Shown here one piece after another: positions 1 to 10,482 of a stretch of DNA of 64,000 nt; position 1 is the stretch's first letter; every line of letters begins with the position of its first letter. A model generated the notes under the pieces. The model was not told where the DNA came from. It did not search any database and saw only the letters and a list, made by a program, of their open reading frames with translations. Both the position numbers and the translations under genes were made by a program. Origin of the DNA: an uncultured bacterium (GTDB taxonomy: Bacteria; Chloroflexota; UBA5177; JANWHV01); NCBI GenBank assembly GCA_963827235.1, contig CAWHAE010000012.1, forward strand, positions 1,056,001 to 1,120,000, given 5' to 3'.

Positions 1-296
1 CGCTGGCTCTGCTCGGCACTCTCGACTGTGACGCCGCTCAGGGTTTCCACTTTGCCCGGCCCTTGCCGCCTCAAGACTTCGACCGGTGGCTGCTCGCCCC
101 CGACGCGCCTGCCATTGGGCCAGGACCGAGAGACTGACCGTCCCTTCGCACGAGTCCGGTCCGGCGCCCGTGCGTGGTAGATGGATGCAGGAAACCACAA
201 CATGTCGTACCAACCAGAATGGCTATGTCCTCTCCCTTGCGGAGTACATGGGACTGTGCCATCATCTAAGTAGTGCATCGAGAAGGAAGTACGACC

Positions 297-674
297 ATGA
301 TCACAATGAAGCGTCAGCCCGGCGGTCTGCTGACCGGCACCCTTATGCTTATGGCTCTGGCGGTGGTTATCGCCGTGCTGTCGGGCGACCTGTTGCTCCT
401 GCTGGCAGTTGGTTGCGCTGTTGCAGGCGTCATGGTGCTGAGCAGGCCTTCTCGCAGGCCGGCGCCGGTTCACGTGAGTGCCGGCCGGCACGAGATGGTC
501 GAGAGCCGCCGGGCGGTTCTCCCTGAGCGCGTGGTGGTCCATCCCGCCGGCTGGTCAACGGCCAAGAGCCGCGGAGCTGTACGGCTACGCACGGGCCGCG
601 CTGCCGGTTGGCAGCGCCGACCGTACATCGCCGCTGCGGATACCGGGTTCCCCGTGATACAGGTGCTCCGCTAA
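297..674 (+). CDS. Hypothetical small membrane protein with two hydrophobic segments
   Basis: AGAAGGAAG precedes ATG 297. Hydrophobic stretches LLTGTLMLMALAVVIAVLSG and LLLLLAVGCAVAGVMVLS. Confidence 0.5.
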   Translation: MITMKRQPGGLLTGTLMLMALAVVIAVLSGDLLLLLAVGCAVAGVMVLSRPSRRPAPVHVSAGRHEMVESRRAVLPERVVVHPAGWSTAKSRGAVRLRTGRAAGWQRRPYIAAADTGFPVIQVLR

Positions 675-1144
675 GCACGATGCCGTACGGGCGGTAGCAC
701 TTTTTGCCGGCCTGAGTTGCGAGATGCATCGTACGTGTGCCCGCGCTCGCGAGCGCGCGGAGCGTGGCTCTCTGAGTTGGCGCACGGTCGGGGCGGCGAA
801 CGATCGGGCATCGTCTGCAGATCCAGGGCGGCCCGCCTGGACATCGTGACCAAGTGGCTCGTTGTCCTACCACGATCAGGGCCGTGGCGGGCATGTCAGG
901 AGGCGGTCGAGACGGCCGCGGTCCCGGGATCGCCGAGCCCAAGCCTGGATCACACGGTGCAGGTCCGTCCCTCGCAGGAAGACTCAGGGGCGCTAGGTGA
1001 CACGCGCCGGTACAATCCTGTCATGGAAGTGTGCGTGCGCTCCACCGCCGGGGATCGGTTCAGCGTAGTGCCGCGGTGCCGGGGCAGGTCGCCGGCGCGA
1101 AGGCACGCCGCTGATCGTCCTATCCCGTTCCCTGTTCCCATGCG

Positions 1145-2264
1145 GTGATCGGCATGGAGAATCCGGGCCCGAGCGCCGGTACGCTGAGCGTGCAGGTTCG
1201 CAAACAGATAGGCGGCATCGTGCTCGACGCGGATCTTTCGTTCGAGCCCGGCGTCACCACCGTGGTCGGTCCGAGCGGCGCCGGCAAGACAACCCTGCTC
1301 CGGCTGATATCCGGTCTCGCGCTGCCAGATCGAGGCGCCATTCGACTGGGAGATACGGTGCTCGACGACGCCGCGACGGGCTTCCATCTCGAACCCGGTA
1401 AGCGGCGCATCGGCCTGGTCTTTCAAGAGTACGCCCTCTTCCCGCATCTCTCCGTCTATCACAACGTCGCCTACGGCCTGGTGGCACGGGGCGTGCGGCG
1501 CTCCACCAGACGCGTGCAGGTAGGCGCGATGCTCGAACGCCTGGGCATCGCCGGACTGGCCGGAGAACACCCATCCAGACTGTCGGGCGGCCAGCGGCAA
1601 CGGGTGGCACTGGCGCGCGCGCTCGTGCTCGAACCCAGCGTGCTGCTCCTGGACGAGCCGCTGGCAGCGCTGGACGTGCAGACTCGCTCGTCCGTGCGGC
1701 ATCAGCTCCAGGGCGTGCTCGGGGATCTGCAGGTGCCCTGCCTGCTCGTCACGCACGACTATGCCGACGTCCTGGCGTTCCAGCACCGGGTCGTCATCCT
1801 GGCCGACGGCAAGGTCGTCCAGGATGGTCCCCACTCAGACCTGCTGGCGCACCCGCGCGACGAAGTTCGTGGCCGATTTTACCGGTGTCAACTTCTATAC
1901 CGCAACCCTCGGGGAGCACGACGTGCTCCACCTGGCAACGGCCGACGTGGCGCCGGACGTGCGCATGTACGTGTTGGCCGAGGATGTGCCGAGCGGCGCG
2001 GTCACCATCGGGCTCAAGCCCTGGGACATCACGCTGTCGGTCCACATGCCCGAGGGCTCCGCCAGGAACGTGCTAGCCGGCGCCGTGCAGGAGGTCCAGC
2101 CGGCCGGCGGCCGCGTGCGAGTGCTTCTCAAGGTCGGACAGTCACGCGAGGTGCCGTTGGTCGCCGAGATCAGCCACGAAGCGATGGCCTCGCTCGGCTG
2201 CACCCCCGGTCAGGCGCTCTTTGCCGCCTTCAAGGCCACCGCGCTGAGCGTCGGACCGGCGTAG
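1145..2264 (+). CDS. ModC/CysA-like ABC ATP-binding protein with C-terminal TOBE domain, frameshifted near 1859
   Basis: Walker A GPSGAGKT, signature LSGGQRQR, Walker B LLLDEP. The TOBE-like tail (SARNVLAG...FKATAL) continues in ORF 1761..2264. Confidence 0.85.
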
Positions 2265-2274
2265 TCCGCTCGCC

Positions 2275-2876
2275 TCAGTCCTCTCGCACGCCGGCCAGGG
2301 GAAACGTGGCGATTGGCGTGTAGCGCGGTCCGCCCGGACCGAGATCGCTGCGCATCAGGTGCACGTCACGCACCTCGAATGGAGACAGCGAGCGGCACGC
2401 CAGCGCGCTCCAGAGCCGGCCGATCTCCGCCCGGTCCTGCGCGTGATCGTGTCGTCTCGCACGCGCCCCACCGTGAGATGGGCGCTGAACGACTCATTCG
2501 GCAGCGAGACGCCGCCGTTGCGGAGCGCGCCGCAGAGACCCTCTCGCAAGCCGGCAAGCACCTCCACGCCAGAGCCGGCGCCGACCCAGAGCACGCGAGG
2601 ACGCGCCGCGCCCGGGGAAGCAGCCAGTACCCTCCACGGCCAGCCGAAAAGCGCGCACACCACGGCACAGCTCGGCCGCGAGCACGCTCGACGGTGCTCA
2701 CCTCGTCCGGGCGGGCGCTCGCCCAGGAAAATGAGCGTGAAGTGCCAGAGATCGGCGCGCACCCAGCGGACCCGCGGAAAGCGGTCACGCAGCGGACCGG
2801 CAGCGGCGTCGATCGCCGCCCGGACCGCGTCCGGCACGGGCACGGCCAGAAACACCCGCAATGCCAGATCTTTCAT
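2275..2876 (-). CDS. thpR: RNA 2',3'-cyclic phosphodiesterase (2H phosphoesterase, ThpR/LigT family), frameshifted
   Basis: RVFLAV start and two HxT motifs (WHFTLIFLG, AHLTVGR). The C-terminus VHLMRSDLGPGGPRYTPIATFPL lies in another frame with a stop at 2275-2277. Confidence 0.8.
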
Positions 2877-2912
2877 GCTGGCAGTGTAGCGCAGCGACTC
2901 GCACCGCTGTGG

Positions 2913-3516
2913 CTAGCCGGCCGCCGCCTCCATGTGCTCGGTGCTGTTCCACGAGTCTGATCACCGGCTGATCGTGCTCGTATCCGAGCACAGAAATCGA
3001 CGCCGCGCACAGCTCGAACAGACGCCCCGCCACCGCCGGCAGTGCCAGCCAGCGTGCCGCCAGCACTCGCAAGGCGTGACCATGCCCGAACAGCAGGGAG
3101 CGCCCATCCGCCGCCCGCAGGTCGGCGATGATTCGATCGCATCGATCGCCGACCGACTCGACGGTCTCACCGCCGGGCAGAGGCATGCTCCATACCGACC
3201 AGTCCGGAATGCCGCGCGCGCATATCCGCTGTGGTCAGCCCGTCCACGCTCGCCGTAATCCCGCTCGGCCAGCTCCTCGCGAACCACCATCCGGGCGCCG
3301 AACCCAGCCAGCGCGCAGGTGTCACGTGCGCGAGAGAGGGGACTGGCATACACGCGATCGAACGACTGGCCGGACAGCGCCCGGCCCACGCGCTCCGCCT
3401 GCCTCCGCCCTTCGTCGGTGAGTGGGATGTCGCGTCCGTCCCGTGTGCCGGCCGCTCATGCTCCAGGACGTCTCACCATGCCTCACCAGCACGACCTCGC
3501 GGTCGCGCAGCCTCAC
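2913..3516 (-). CDS. Histidine phosphatase (phosphoglycerate mutase-like) family protein, several frameshifts
   Basis: VVLVRHGET, RVYASPLSRARDT and LLFGHGHALR are spread over several frames. The GTG start overlaps the zwf stop. Confidence 0.8.
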
Positions 3517-5054
3517 CACGGCGCATGCCACTTCCGGTTGTCACGCGCCAGGAGGTCGGCCGCGGCGCGTGGTCCCCACGTGCCGGCGGCGTAGGGCGGG
3601 ATCTCCTCGTCGTCGGTGGCCCACCGGGCCAGGAGGTCGTCGACGAACGCCCAGGAGAGCTCGACCTCGTCCGATCGCGTGAACAGCGTCCGTTCGCCCA
3701 GCGCGCAGTCGAGTATCAGCCGTTCGTAGGCGTCGGGTGAGGCGGTCGAGAACGACGCCTCGTATTTGAATTCCATGTCGACCGATCGGAGGAGCATGGC
3801 CGGCCCCGGCTGCTTGGCACCGAACCGCAGAATGATCCCTTCGTCCGGCTGCAGGCGCAGCACCAGAAGGTCGGGCTCGAGAGCCTTCGAGCCCGCGGCG
3901 CTGAAGGGCAGGTGCGGAACGCCCTTGAATTGCACGACGATCTCGGAGACGCGTCTCGGCAGCCGCTTGCCATGACGCAGATAGAACGGTGTTCCGGCCC
4001 AGCGCCAGTTGTCGATGCCGACCCTGAGGGCCACGAACGTCTCGGTGCGGGATCGCGGATTGACACCGGGCTCCTGGGTGTAGCCCGATACGAGAACACT
4101 GTCGATCGTGCCCGGACTGTACTGGCCGCGAACAGCGTCGCGTTCCAGATGGCTGGAATGGAATGGGTGCAGGGCCTTCAGCACTTTGACCTTCTCATCG
4201 CGCACGGCTTCCGCCTCCAGCGTCACCGGCGGCTCCATGGCCATCAACGCCAGCACCTGCAGCAGGTGATTCTGCACGACGTCGCGTAGTGCGCCGGCGC
4301 TCTCATAGTAGCTGGCCCGGCCTTCGATGCCGATCTCCTCGGCCACCGTGATCTGCACGTGGTCGATGTGCTGCGAGCTCCAGACAGGCTCCCAGAGCCT
4401 GTTGGCGAACCGGAAGGCCAGGATGTTCTGCACCGTCTCCTTGCCGAGGTAGTGGTCGATACGATAGACCTCGTCCTCCTCGAATACACTGCGCACCAGC
4501 TGGTTCAGCTCCTTGCCGGACGCCAGATCGTGCCCGAACGGCTTCTCGACGATGATGCGCGACCAGCCGCTCTCTCCATTGCGGTGGCCCAAGCCAACCC
4601 GGCCCAGGTTCTCCACGATGGCGGGAAACACATTCGGGGGCGTGGAGAAGTAGAAGAGATAGTTGCCGCGCGTGCCGAACGCGCGGTCGACTTCCTGCAG
4701 CCGTTCCAGGAGGCCGGTGTACGCAGCCGGATCGTCGTAGCTTCCCTGCATGTATCTGATGGCAGGGCAGAGCGTTTCCCACACGTCCGCGCGAATAGGC
4801 CTGCTGCGCGAGAAGCGCTCGAGCCCGGATCGCATGTTGGCGCGAAACTCATCGTCGGTGAGCGTATGACGGCCGAAGCCGAGGATAGCGGTATTCGAGG
4901 CAAGAATGCCGCTCAAGGCGAGGTTGTAGAGTGCCGGGAGCAGCTTGCGCGTGGTCAGGTCGCCGGAAGCGCCGAAAATGACTATCACGCAGGGCGGCGC
5001 GGCGCGCTCCAGCGGCACGGGCACGGGCACGGCATCCGGAGTCTTCGTCAGCAT
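3513..5054 (-). CDS. zwf: Glucose-6-phosphate 1-dehydrogenase
   Basis: GASGDL, EKPFG, RIDHYLGKE, WAGTPFYLR motifs. RBS AGGAAAGGA before ATG 5054. Confidence 0.97.
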   Translation of the reverse strand: MLTKTPDAVPVPVPLERAAPPCVIVIFGASGDLTTRKLLPALYNLALSGILASNTAILGFGRHTLTDDEFRANMRSGLERFSRSRPIRADVWETLCPAIRYMQGSYDDPAAYTGLLERLQEVDRAFGTRGNYLFYFSTPPNVFPAIVENLGRVGLGHRNGESGWSRIIVEKPFGHDLASGKELNQLVRSVFEEDEVYRIDHYLGKETVQNILAFRFANRLWEPVWSSQHIDHVQITVAEEIGIEGRASYYESAGALRDVVQNHLLQVLALMAMEPPVTLEAEAVRDEKVKVLKALHPFHSSHLERDAVRGQYSPGTIDSVLVSGYTQEPGVNPRSRTETFVALRVGIDNWRWAGTPFYLRHGKRLPRRVSEIVVQFKGVPHLPFSAAGSKALEPDLLVLRLQPDEGIILRFGAKQPGPAMLLRSVDMEFKYEASFSTASPDAYERLILDCALGERTLFTRSDEVELSWAFVDDLLARWATDDEEIPPYAAGTWGPRAAADLLARDNRKWHAPW

Positions 5055-5346
5055 CAGGTGATCGTTCCTTTCCTGTAGCGGAACGGGCCTGCTCGGAGGC
5101 GCGTCGCGCAAGGCATTGGTTGCGCGACGCGTCACTTCTGACGATCGCCGGTGAGGAGGCCCTACTCTCTATATAGCGGAACCAGCACTATAGTCTCCGG
5201 CGCCGATGCGGAACACACGCTGTGCGCCGGAGGCAAGGACCGGAGCCGGGAGTTGCTCCTACTCTGCGCCAGGGCTACCTTACATCCTGTTGGTCGCGGT
5301 GCGTTGCACGGATCGCTCCGTGCATTCAGATTTGGAGGCAAAACCG

Positions 5347-7305
5347 GTGCACGAACAGCATGTTCCCCTGCTTCCGCGCCGCCTGTTCTTCGGCAACCCG
5401 GACAGGGCGGCAGTGCAGCTCAGTCCCGATGGAGAGTATCTCAGCTTTCTGGCGCCTCTTGACGGTGTGCTCAACGTGTGGACGGGATCCGCGGAGAACC
5501 CGGATCTCGCCCAGCCGTTGACGCATGATACCGGCCGGGGTATACGGCGCTATGTGTGGGCCTACGACAGCCGTCACGTCCTGTACATCCAGGACAAAGA
5601 AGGCGACGAGAACTGGCGGCTATACGGCGTGGACGTGCAATCGGGTGTGACGCGAGATTTCACGCCCGTCGACGGCGTGCAGGCCCGCATCCAGCACATG
5701 AGCCGGCACAATCCCGGCCAGATCTTGATCGGACTGAACGCCCGCCGGAAGGAGTTCCACGACATCTACCGGCTGGACCTCGCGTCGGGCGAGCGCACGC
5801 TCGTCCAGGAGAACGACGACTTTGCCGGCTTCATAACCGACGACCGGTACAACGTGCGGTTTGGCGAGCGAATGACGCCGGAAGGCGGAGCCGATCTGAT
5901 GAGTCCGATTGCCGGCGGCGGATGGCAGGAGTACCTGTCCATCCCCATGGAAGACCTGCTCACCACGCATCCGTTCACGTTCGATGCGAGCGGGGAGACG
6001 CTGTACATGGCGCACAGCCTCGGGCGGAATACTGCCGCCCTGGTTGCGTTGGAGATCGCATCCGGCCGGGCGAGCGTGCTGTGCGAGGACGTGCGCGCCG
6101 ACGTCGCGGACGTCCTCGTACATCCGACCGAAAGGACCGTCCAGGCGGCTGCCTTCAACTATGCCCGGAAAGAGTGGCAGGTGCTCGATCCGGCGATCGC
6201 CGGCGATCTGGAGGTGCTCCGCGCCGTAGCCGGAGGGGATCTGGAGATCATCAGCCGCACGCTCGACGATCGATACTGGATCGCCGCCTACCTGATGGAC
6301 GATGGCCCGGTACGCTACTATCGCTACGATAGGTCGACACGAACCGCCGGCTTTCTCTTCACCAATCGCCGGAGCCTCGAGGGTGTGCCGCTGGCCGGGA
6401 TGCGGCCCGTGATCATACCCGCTCGCGACGGGCTCAACCTGGTCGGCTATCTCACTTTGCCGGTCGACAGCGAGCCGAACCGGGAAGGTAAGCCGGCTCA
6501 AGCGCGGCCGCTGGTCCTGCTCGTGCACGGCGGACCGTGGGCGCGAGATTCCTGGGGCTTTCACCCAATACACCAATGGTTGGCCAATCGGGGCTATGCC
6601 GTGCTGAGCGTCAACTACCGCGCTTCCGTGGGCTTCGGCAAAGCGTTCGTGAACGCAGGCAACCTCGAATGGGCGGGGCGCATGCACGACGACCTGGTGG
6701 ATGCCGTTGCATGGGCAATCGAACAGGGCATTGCCGATCGGGAATGCGTGGCGATCATGGGCGGCAGCTACGGCGGCTTCGCCACGCTGGTCGGCCTCAC
6801 CTTCACGCCCGAGCTCTTCACCTGCGGCGTGGACATCGTCGGCCCCTCGAGTCTCGTCACGTTGCTGGAGTCGATTCCACCCTACTGGAAACCCCAGGTC
6901 GAGCTTTTCGCGACGCGTGTCGGCGACCATCGCACGGAGGAGGGCAGGGCCTTCCTGACCGAGCGCTCGCCACTCAATCGGGTGGACCGCATCTGCCGTC
7001 CTCTGCTGATCGGCCAGGGAGCCAACGATCCGCGCGTCAAGCAGGCCGAGTCGGACCAGATCGTGGCGGCGATGCGCGAGCATTCGGTGCCGGTGACCTA
7101 CGTGCTCTACCCGGATGAGGGGCACGGCTTCGGGCGGCCGGAGAACAATCTCTCCTTCTACGCGATCGCCGAATCGTTTCTTGGACAGTGCCTCGGCGGC
7201 CGCGTGGAGCCGATTGGCGAGGACTTTGCCGGATCCAGCGTGACCGTGGTAGCAGGGGCCGAGGGTATACCGGGCCTGAGCAAGAAGCAGTGGAAGACAG
7301 GGTAA
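5347..7305 (+). CDS. S9 family peptidase (prolyl oligopeptidase/dipeptidyl aminopeptidase)
   Basis: HGGPW, nucleophile GGSYGG, GANDPRV, DEGHG, N-terminal propeller region. GGAGG RBS before GTG 5347. Confidence 0.93.
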   Translation: MHEQHVPLLPRRLFFGNPDRAAVQLSPDGEYLSFLAPLDGVLNVWTGSAENPDLAQPLTHDTGRGIRRYVWAYDSRHVLYIQDKEGDENWRLYGVDVQSGVTRDFTPVDGVQARIQHMSRHNPGQILIGLNARRKEFHDIYRLDLASGERTLVQENDDFAGFITDDRYNVRFGERMTPEGGADLMSPIAGGGWQEYLSIPMEDLLTTHPFTFDASGETLYMAHSLGRNTAALVALEIASGRASVLCEDVRADVADVLVHPTERTVQAAAFNYARKEWQVLDPAIAGDLEVLRAVAGGDLEIISRTLDDRYWIAAYLMDDGPVRYYRYDRSTRTAGFLFTNRRSLEGVPLAGMRPVIIPARDGLNLVGYLTLPVDSEPNREGKPAQARPLVLLVHGGPWARDSWGFHPIHQWLANRGYAVLSVNYRASVGFGKAFVNAGNLEWAGRMHDDLVDAVAWAIEQGIADRECVAIMGGSYGGFATLVGLTFTPELFTCGVDIVGPSSLVTLLESIPPYWKPQVELFATRVGDHRTEEGRAFLTERSPLNRVDRICRPLLIGQGANDPRVKQAESDQIVAAMREHSVPVTYVLYPDEGHGFGRPENNLSFYAIAESFLGQCLGGRVEPIGEDFAGSSVTVVAGAEGIPGLSKKQWKTG

Positions 7306-7381
7306 GAAGTCGAGCCCAGCCGTAGGGCGAGCGGCGATTGATCGGGCAGCCGGGATGCCCGGCTGTGAAGTGAGGAGAAGC

Positions 7382-7837
7382 ATGATGGATGTACCGTATC
7401 GGGAGCGAAACGCAGCCGGACTGAAGAAGCTCCGCGGCTTGGTCGAGCGCCTGAGCGACCAGGACCTTACCGTGGAGGTCGGTGGTGGCTGGACCGTCGC
7501 CGTGGCGCTTGCCCACGTGGCATTCTGGGATCGCTACCTGGCTGCACGGTGGAAGCACGCGGTGCGCGAGGGCCTCGCGGCTCCGGAGGGCTTGCCGGAC
7601 TTCGTGTCGGATTTCATCAACCAGGCGGCCGTCGACGACTGGCGGGTCTGTCCTCCGCGTGAGGCGGCGAGGCAGGCTCTCACGGCTGCCGAGGCCATCG
7701 AGCGCCAGATCGCTGCGCTCGACCCCGCCAAGCCCGCCGCCGCGCTGGCCAGCGCCCGGCCAAGCCTGGTCGACCGCACGCTGCACTGGCAGGAACACAT
7801 CGATCAGATCGAGCGCGCGCTCGGCGCAGCGCGATAG
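7382..7837 (+). CDS. DinB/maleylpyruvate isomerase N-terminal-like metalloprotein
   Basis: GWTVAVALAHVAFWD and C-terminal HWQEH match the DinB-fold His triad. GAGGAG RBS. Confidence 0.75.
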   Translation: MMDVPYRERNAAGLKKLRGLVERLSDQDLTVEVGGGWTVAVALAHVAFWDRYLAARWKHAVREGLAAPEGLPDFVSDFINQAAVDDWRVCPPREAARQALTAAEAIERQIAALDPAKPAAALASARPSLVDRTLHWQEHIDQIERALGAAR

Positions 7838-7868
7838 CTCGAGCCTGCCCAAGATCTTTCGCAGGGCG

Positions 7869-7892
7869 CCGGCTCGGGCGGCTCCGAGCCGG
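7869..7892 (+). terminator. GC-rich hairpin after the DinB-like gene, possible terminator
   Basis: CCGGCTCGG-gcggct-CCGAGCCGG inverted repeat. No U-tract. Confidence 0.35.
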
Positions 7893-7959
7893 GCCATGAT
7901 CGTTCGCGGCCGGCATCATGGGCCATCGTCGCGCTGGTGAGACCACTTTTGTCTGTCTA

Positions 7960-8000
7960 AATAGTTGCAATCTACAATATTTTATATGTACGTTACAACC
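7960..8000 (+). promoter_or_regulatory. Putative sigma70-type promoter in an AT-rich island
   Basis: TTGCAA-N18-TACGTT within a strongly AT-rich ~60-bp patch in otherwise GC-rich DNA. Confidence 0.45.
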
Positions 8001-8027
8001 ATCCGAGGTGGGTCTCAGTAGGGAAGG

Positions 8028-8153
8028 ATCACGAGGCATACACTACGAGGCAGCGCCTGGCCTGCAGGGGCCGAGCCGGGTCGAAAGGCGGCTTCGAGCG
8101 TCGCTCGCCGATAGGGTCCTGCACGACGGCGCCGCAACCGTGCTCCTCGTGCG
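8028..8153 (+). ncRNA. Candidate structured non-coding RNA, family not recognised
   Basis: Nested stems CACGAGG/CCTCGTG, GCAGCGCC/GGCGCCGC and TGCAGGG/TCCTGCA enclose two hairpins. It lies after a promoter-like patch, with no credible downstream + strand ORF. Confidence 0.5.
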
Positions 8154-8230
8154 CTCGCGGGCGTCCAGCCGCACGGATAGCTCAGATCGAGAAGAGGCTC
8201 CCGCCGGTTAGGAGGCGCATGGCTGCCCGG

Positions 8231-10135
8231 CTACGCCTCGACCGGCTGGGCGTAGGCTTGGGACGCCCGCCGGGCAAGCTTCACACGCTCGCTGTTTTCC
8301 AGTGTCCGCTTCCGCAGGCGGAACGTCTTCGGCGTGACCTCCACCAGCTCGTCGGCGCCGATGAAGTCCAGGGCCTGCTCGAGGCTCAGGCGCATGGGTG
8401 TCACCAGCTTGACCGCGATCTCCGCCGTACTGTTGCGCATGTTCGTCTGCTGCTTCTCGCGGCACACGTTCACCGCGATGTCGTTGTCGCGAGCGTTCAG
8501 CCCCACGATCATGCCCTCGTAGACGGGCACGCCGGGCTCGATGAACATCACGCCGCGCTCCTGCGCCTTCGAGATGCCGAACGCCACCGCGGTTCCGCCC
8601 TCCGAGGCCACGAGCACGCCGTTGCGATCGCCCTCCATGGCACCGTACCAGGGCTCGTAGCCGAGCAGGATGCTGCTGAGCGTGCCGTTGCCGCGCGTCG
8701 CCGTGAGGAAGGCGGAGCGGAAGCCAATCAGGCCGCGCGTGGGAATGGCGAACTCCAGGCGCACGTTGCCGCTGCCGTCGTTGTGCATGTTGACCATCTG
8801 GCCGAGGCGGCGGCTGAGCGACTCCGTGCAATAGCCCACGTGCTCGTCGCGCGTGTCGATCACCAGGTGCTCCACTGGCTCCTGCACCTGGCCCTCGACC
8901 TGCCTTGTGATCACCTCCGGGCGAGAGACCTGAAACTCGTAGCCCTCCCGTCGCATGGTCTCGATCAGTATTGCCAGGTGAAGCTCACCGCGGCCGGACA
9001 CGGTGAACACGTCCGCGCTCTGCGTGTCCTCGACGCGCAGCGCCACGTCACGCTCGATCTCGCGGTAAAGCCGCTCGCGAATATGGCGCGAGGTCACCCA
9101 CTGGCCGTCACGTCCCGCGAACGGCGAGGTGCTGACGCCGAAGCTCATGCGCACCGTGGGCTCCTCGATGTCGATGGTGGGCAGGGCCTCCGGCTCGTCG
9201 ATGCAGGCCACCGTGTCGCCAATCGTCAGATCGGGCAGGCCGACCAGCGACACGATGTCGCCCGCGGCAACGGCTTCCGCGGGAATGCGGTCCAGTCCCT
9301 GGAAGGTAAACAGCCCACCTACCTTGGTACGCGTGAGCGTGCCGTCACGGCTGATGATGGCGACCTGATCTCCCTGGCGCAGGGTGCCGCGCATCACCCG
9401 GCCCACGGCGGTCTTCCCTTGGTAGTTGTCATAACCTAGGGACGTGATCAGCACCTGCAGGGGCCCATCCGGGTCGACCAATGGCGGGGGAACGTAGCGG
9501 AGAATGGCGTCGAACAACGGGGCGAGCCCGCGGCTATCGTCTTGCCCGCGGTCGGACGGCCTGTCGCTGCCCTGAACTGCAGCCACATAGTCGTCGGCGT
9601 TGTCGACCGCGATCCCCTGCTTGGCCACGGCATAGAGCACGGGAAACTCGAGCTGCTCCTCGTGTGTAGCCAGCTCGAGAAACAGATCCTGGGTCATGTG
9701 CAGCACGTCGTTCGGCCGCGCGTTGGCGCGGTCGATCTTGTTGATTACCACGATCGGCTTGAGACCGAAGCTGAGGGCTTTTCGCAGCACGAAGGTGGTC
9801 TGGGGCATCGGTCCATCGACCGCGTCGACCAGCAGCAGGCAGCCGTCGGCCATGGTGAGCACACGCTCCACCTCACCGCTGAAGTCCGCGTGGCCGGGCG
9901 TATCGATGATGTTGATCTTCACGCCGCGGTAGGTGACGGCGGTATTCTTGGCCAGAATGGTAATACCCTTCTCACGCTCCAGGTCATTGGAGTCCATGAT
10001 CAGGGTGCCGACGTGCTGATGCGCGGCAAACACCTTGCTCTGCTTGAGCAAACCGTCAACGAGAGTGGTCTTGCCATGATCGACGTGGGCGATGATGGCG
10101 ATATTGCGAATGTCGTCGCGCTGGATGTGCTGCAT
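8231..10135 (-). CDS. typA: Translational GTPase TypA/BipA
   Basis: IAHVDHGKTTL, DTPGHADF, NKID, GRGELHL and the C-terminal DELVEVTP. Confidence 0.97.
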   Translation of the reverse strand: MQHIQRDDIRNIAIIAHVDHGKTTLVDGLLKQSKVFAAHQHVGTLIMDSNDLEREKGITILAKNTAVTYRGVKINIIDTPGHADFSGEVERVLTMADGCLLLVDAVDGPMPQTTFVLRKALSFGLKPIVVINKIDRANARPNDVLHMTQDLFLELATHEEQLEFPVLYAVAKQGIAVDNADDYVAAVQGSDRPSDRGQDDSRGLAPLFDAILRYVPPPLVDPDGPLQVLITSLGYDNYQGKTAVGRVMRGTLRQGDQVAIISRDGTLTRTKVGGLFTFQGLDRIPAEAVAAGDIVSLVGLPDLTIGDTVACIDEPEALPTIDIEEPTVRMSFGVSTSPFAGRDGQWVTSRHIRERLYREIERDVALRVEDTQSADVFTVSGRGELHLAILIETMRREGYEFQVSRPEVITRQVEGQVQEPVEHLVIDTRDEHVGYCTESLSRRLGQMVNMHNDGSGNVRLEFAIPTRGLIGFRSAFLTATRGNGTLSSILLGYEPWYGAMEGDRNGVLVASEGGTAVAFGISKAQERGVMFIEPGVPVYEGMIVGLNARDNDIAVNVCREKQQTNMRNSTAEIAVKLVTPMRLSLEQALDFIGADELVEVTPKTFRLRKRTLENSERVKLARRASQAYAQPVEA

Positions 10136-10482
10136 GAATACCCTCGAGAAGCTGGCAGAATGTGGCGTGCGTCCCCGCTGCTACCGGGTGCATTCGCCGC
10201 CAAGGGGCTGTGCGAGGTCCCGCAACGGGGCGCTAATCCGGTGCCCGGCGGCGCGCACATTCCCGCAAAGGTCCGATGCTCTGCGATCGGCCCTGATGCC
10301 GGACGTCCATGCTTAGTATACTGGTTAGCGCCACGCTCGTAAGCGCCGCCCTCATCCTGCCTGTCCGGCGCATCATGCCCGGCGCCGGTGATATGCTGAA
10401 GCTCATTGCCGGCGAGGCCCTGTTCCCCGGCTCACGAGGCGGCATCGTGTCTATCGTCCGCGTCTAGTCGAAGGCTGTCGTC

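Noticed and set aside
10-75. Minus-strand CGGCAA...GGGCAAAG...TGCCG, reminiscent of a c-di-GMP-I riboswitch
   Set aside because: There is no room for the P2 stem with its GNRA loop, and no tetraloop receptor is visible.
920-1100. Possible Moco riboswitch upstream of the ModC-like gene
   Set aside because: I could not find the conserved CCUCCCG/GGAAAGGAG-type blocks or a convincing multi-stem fold.
8067-8090. GGGGCCGA...GGTCGA resembling a tmRNA 5' end
   Set aside because: No tag ORF, no 3' T-arm or CCA, and too little space before typA.
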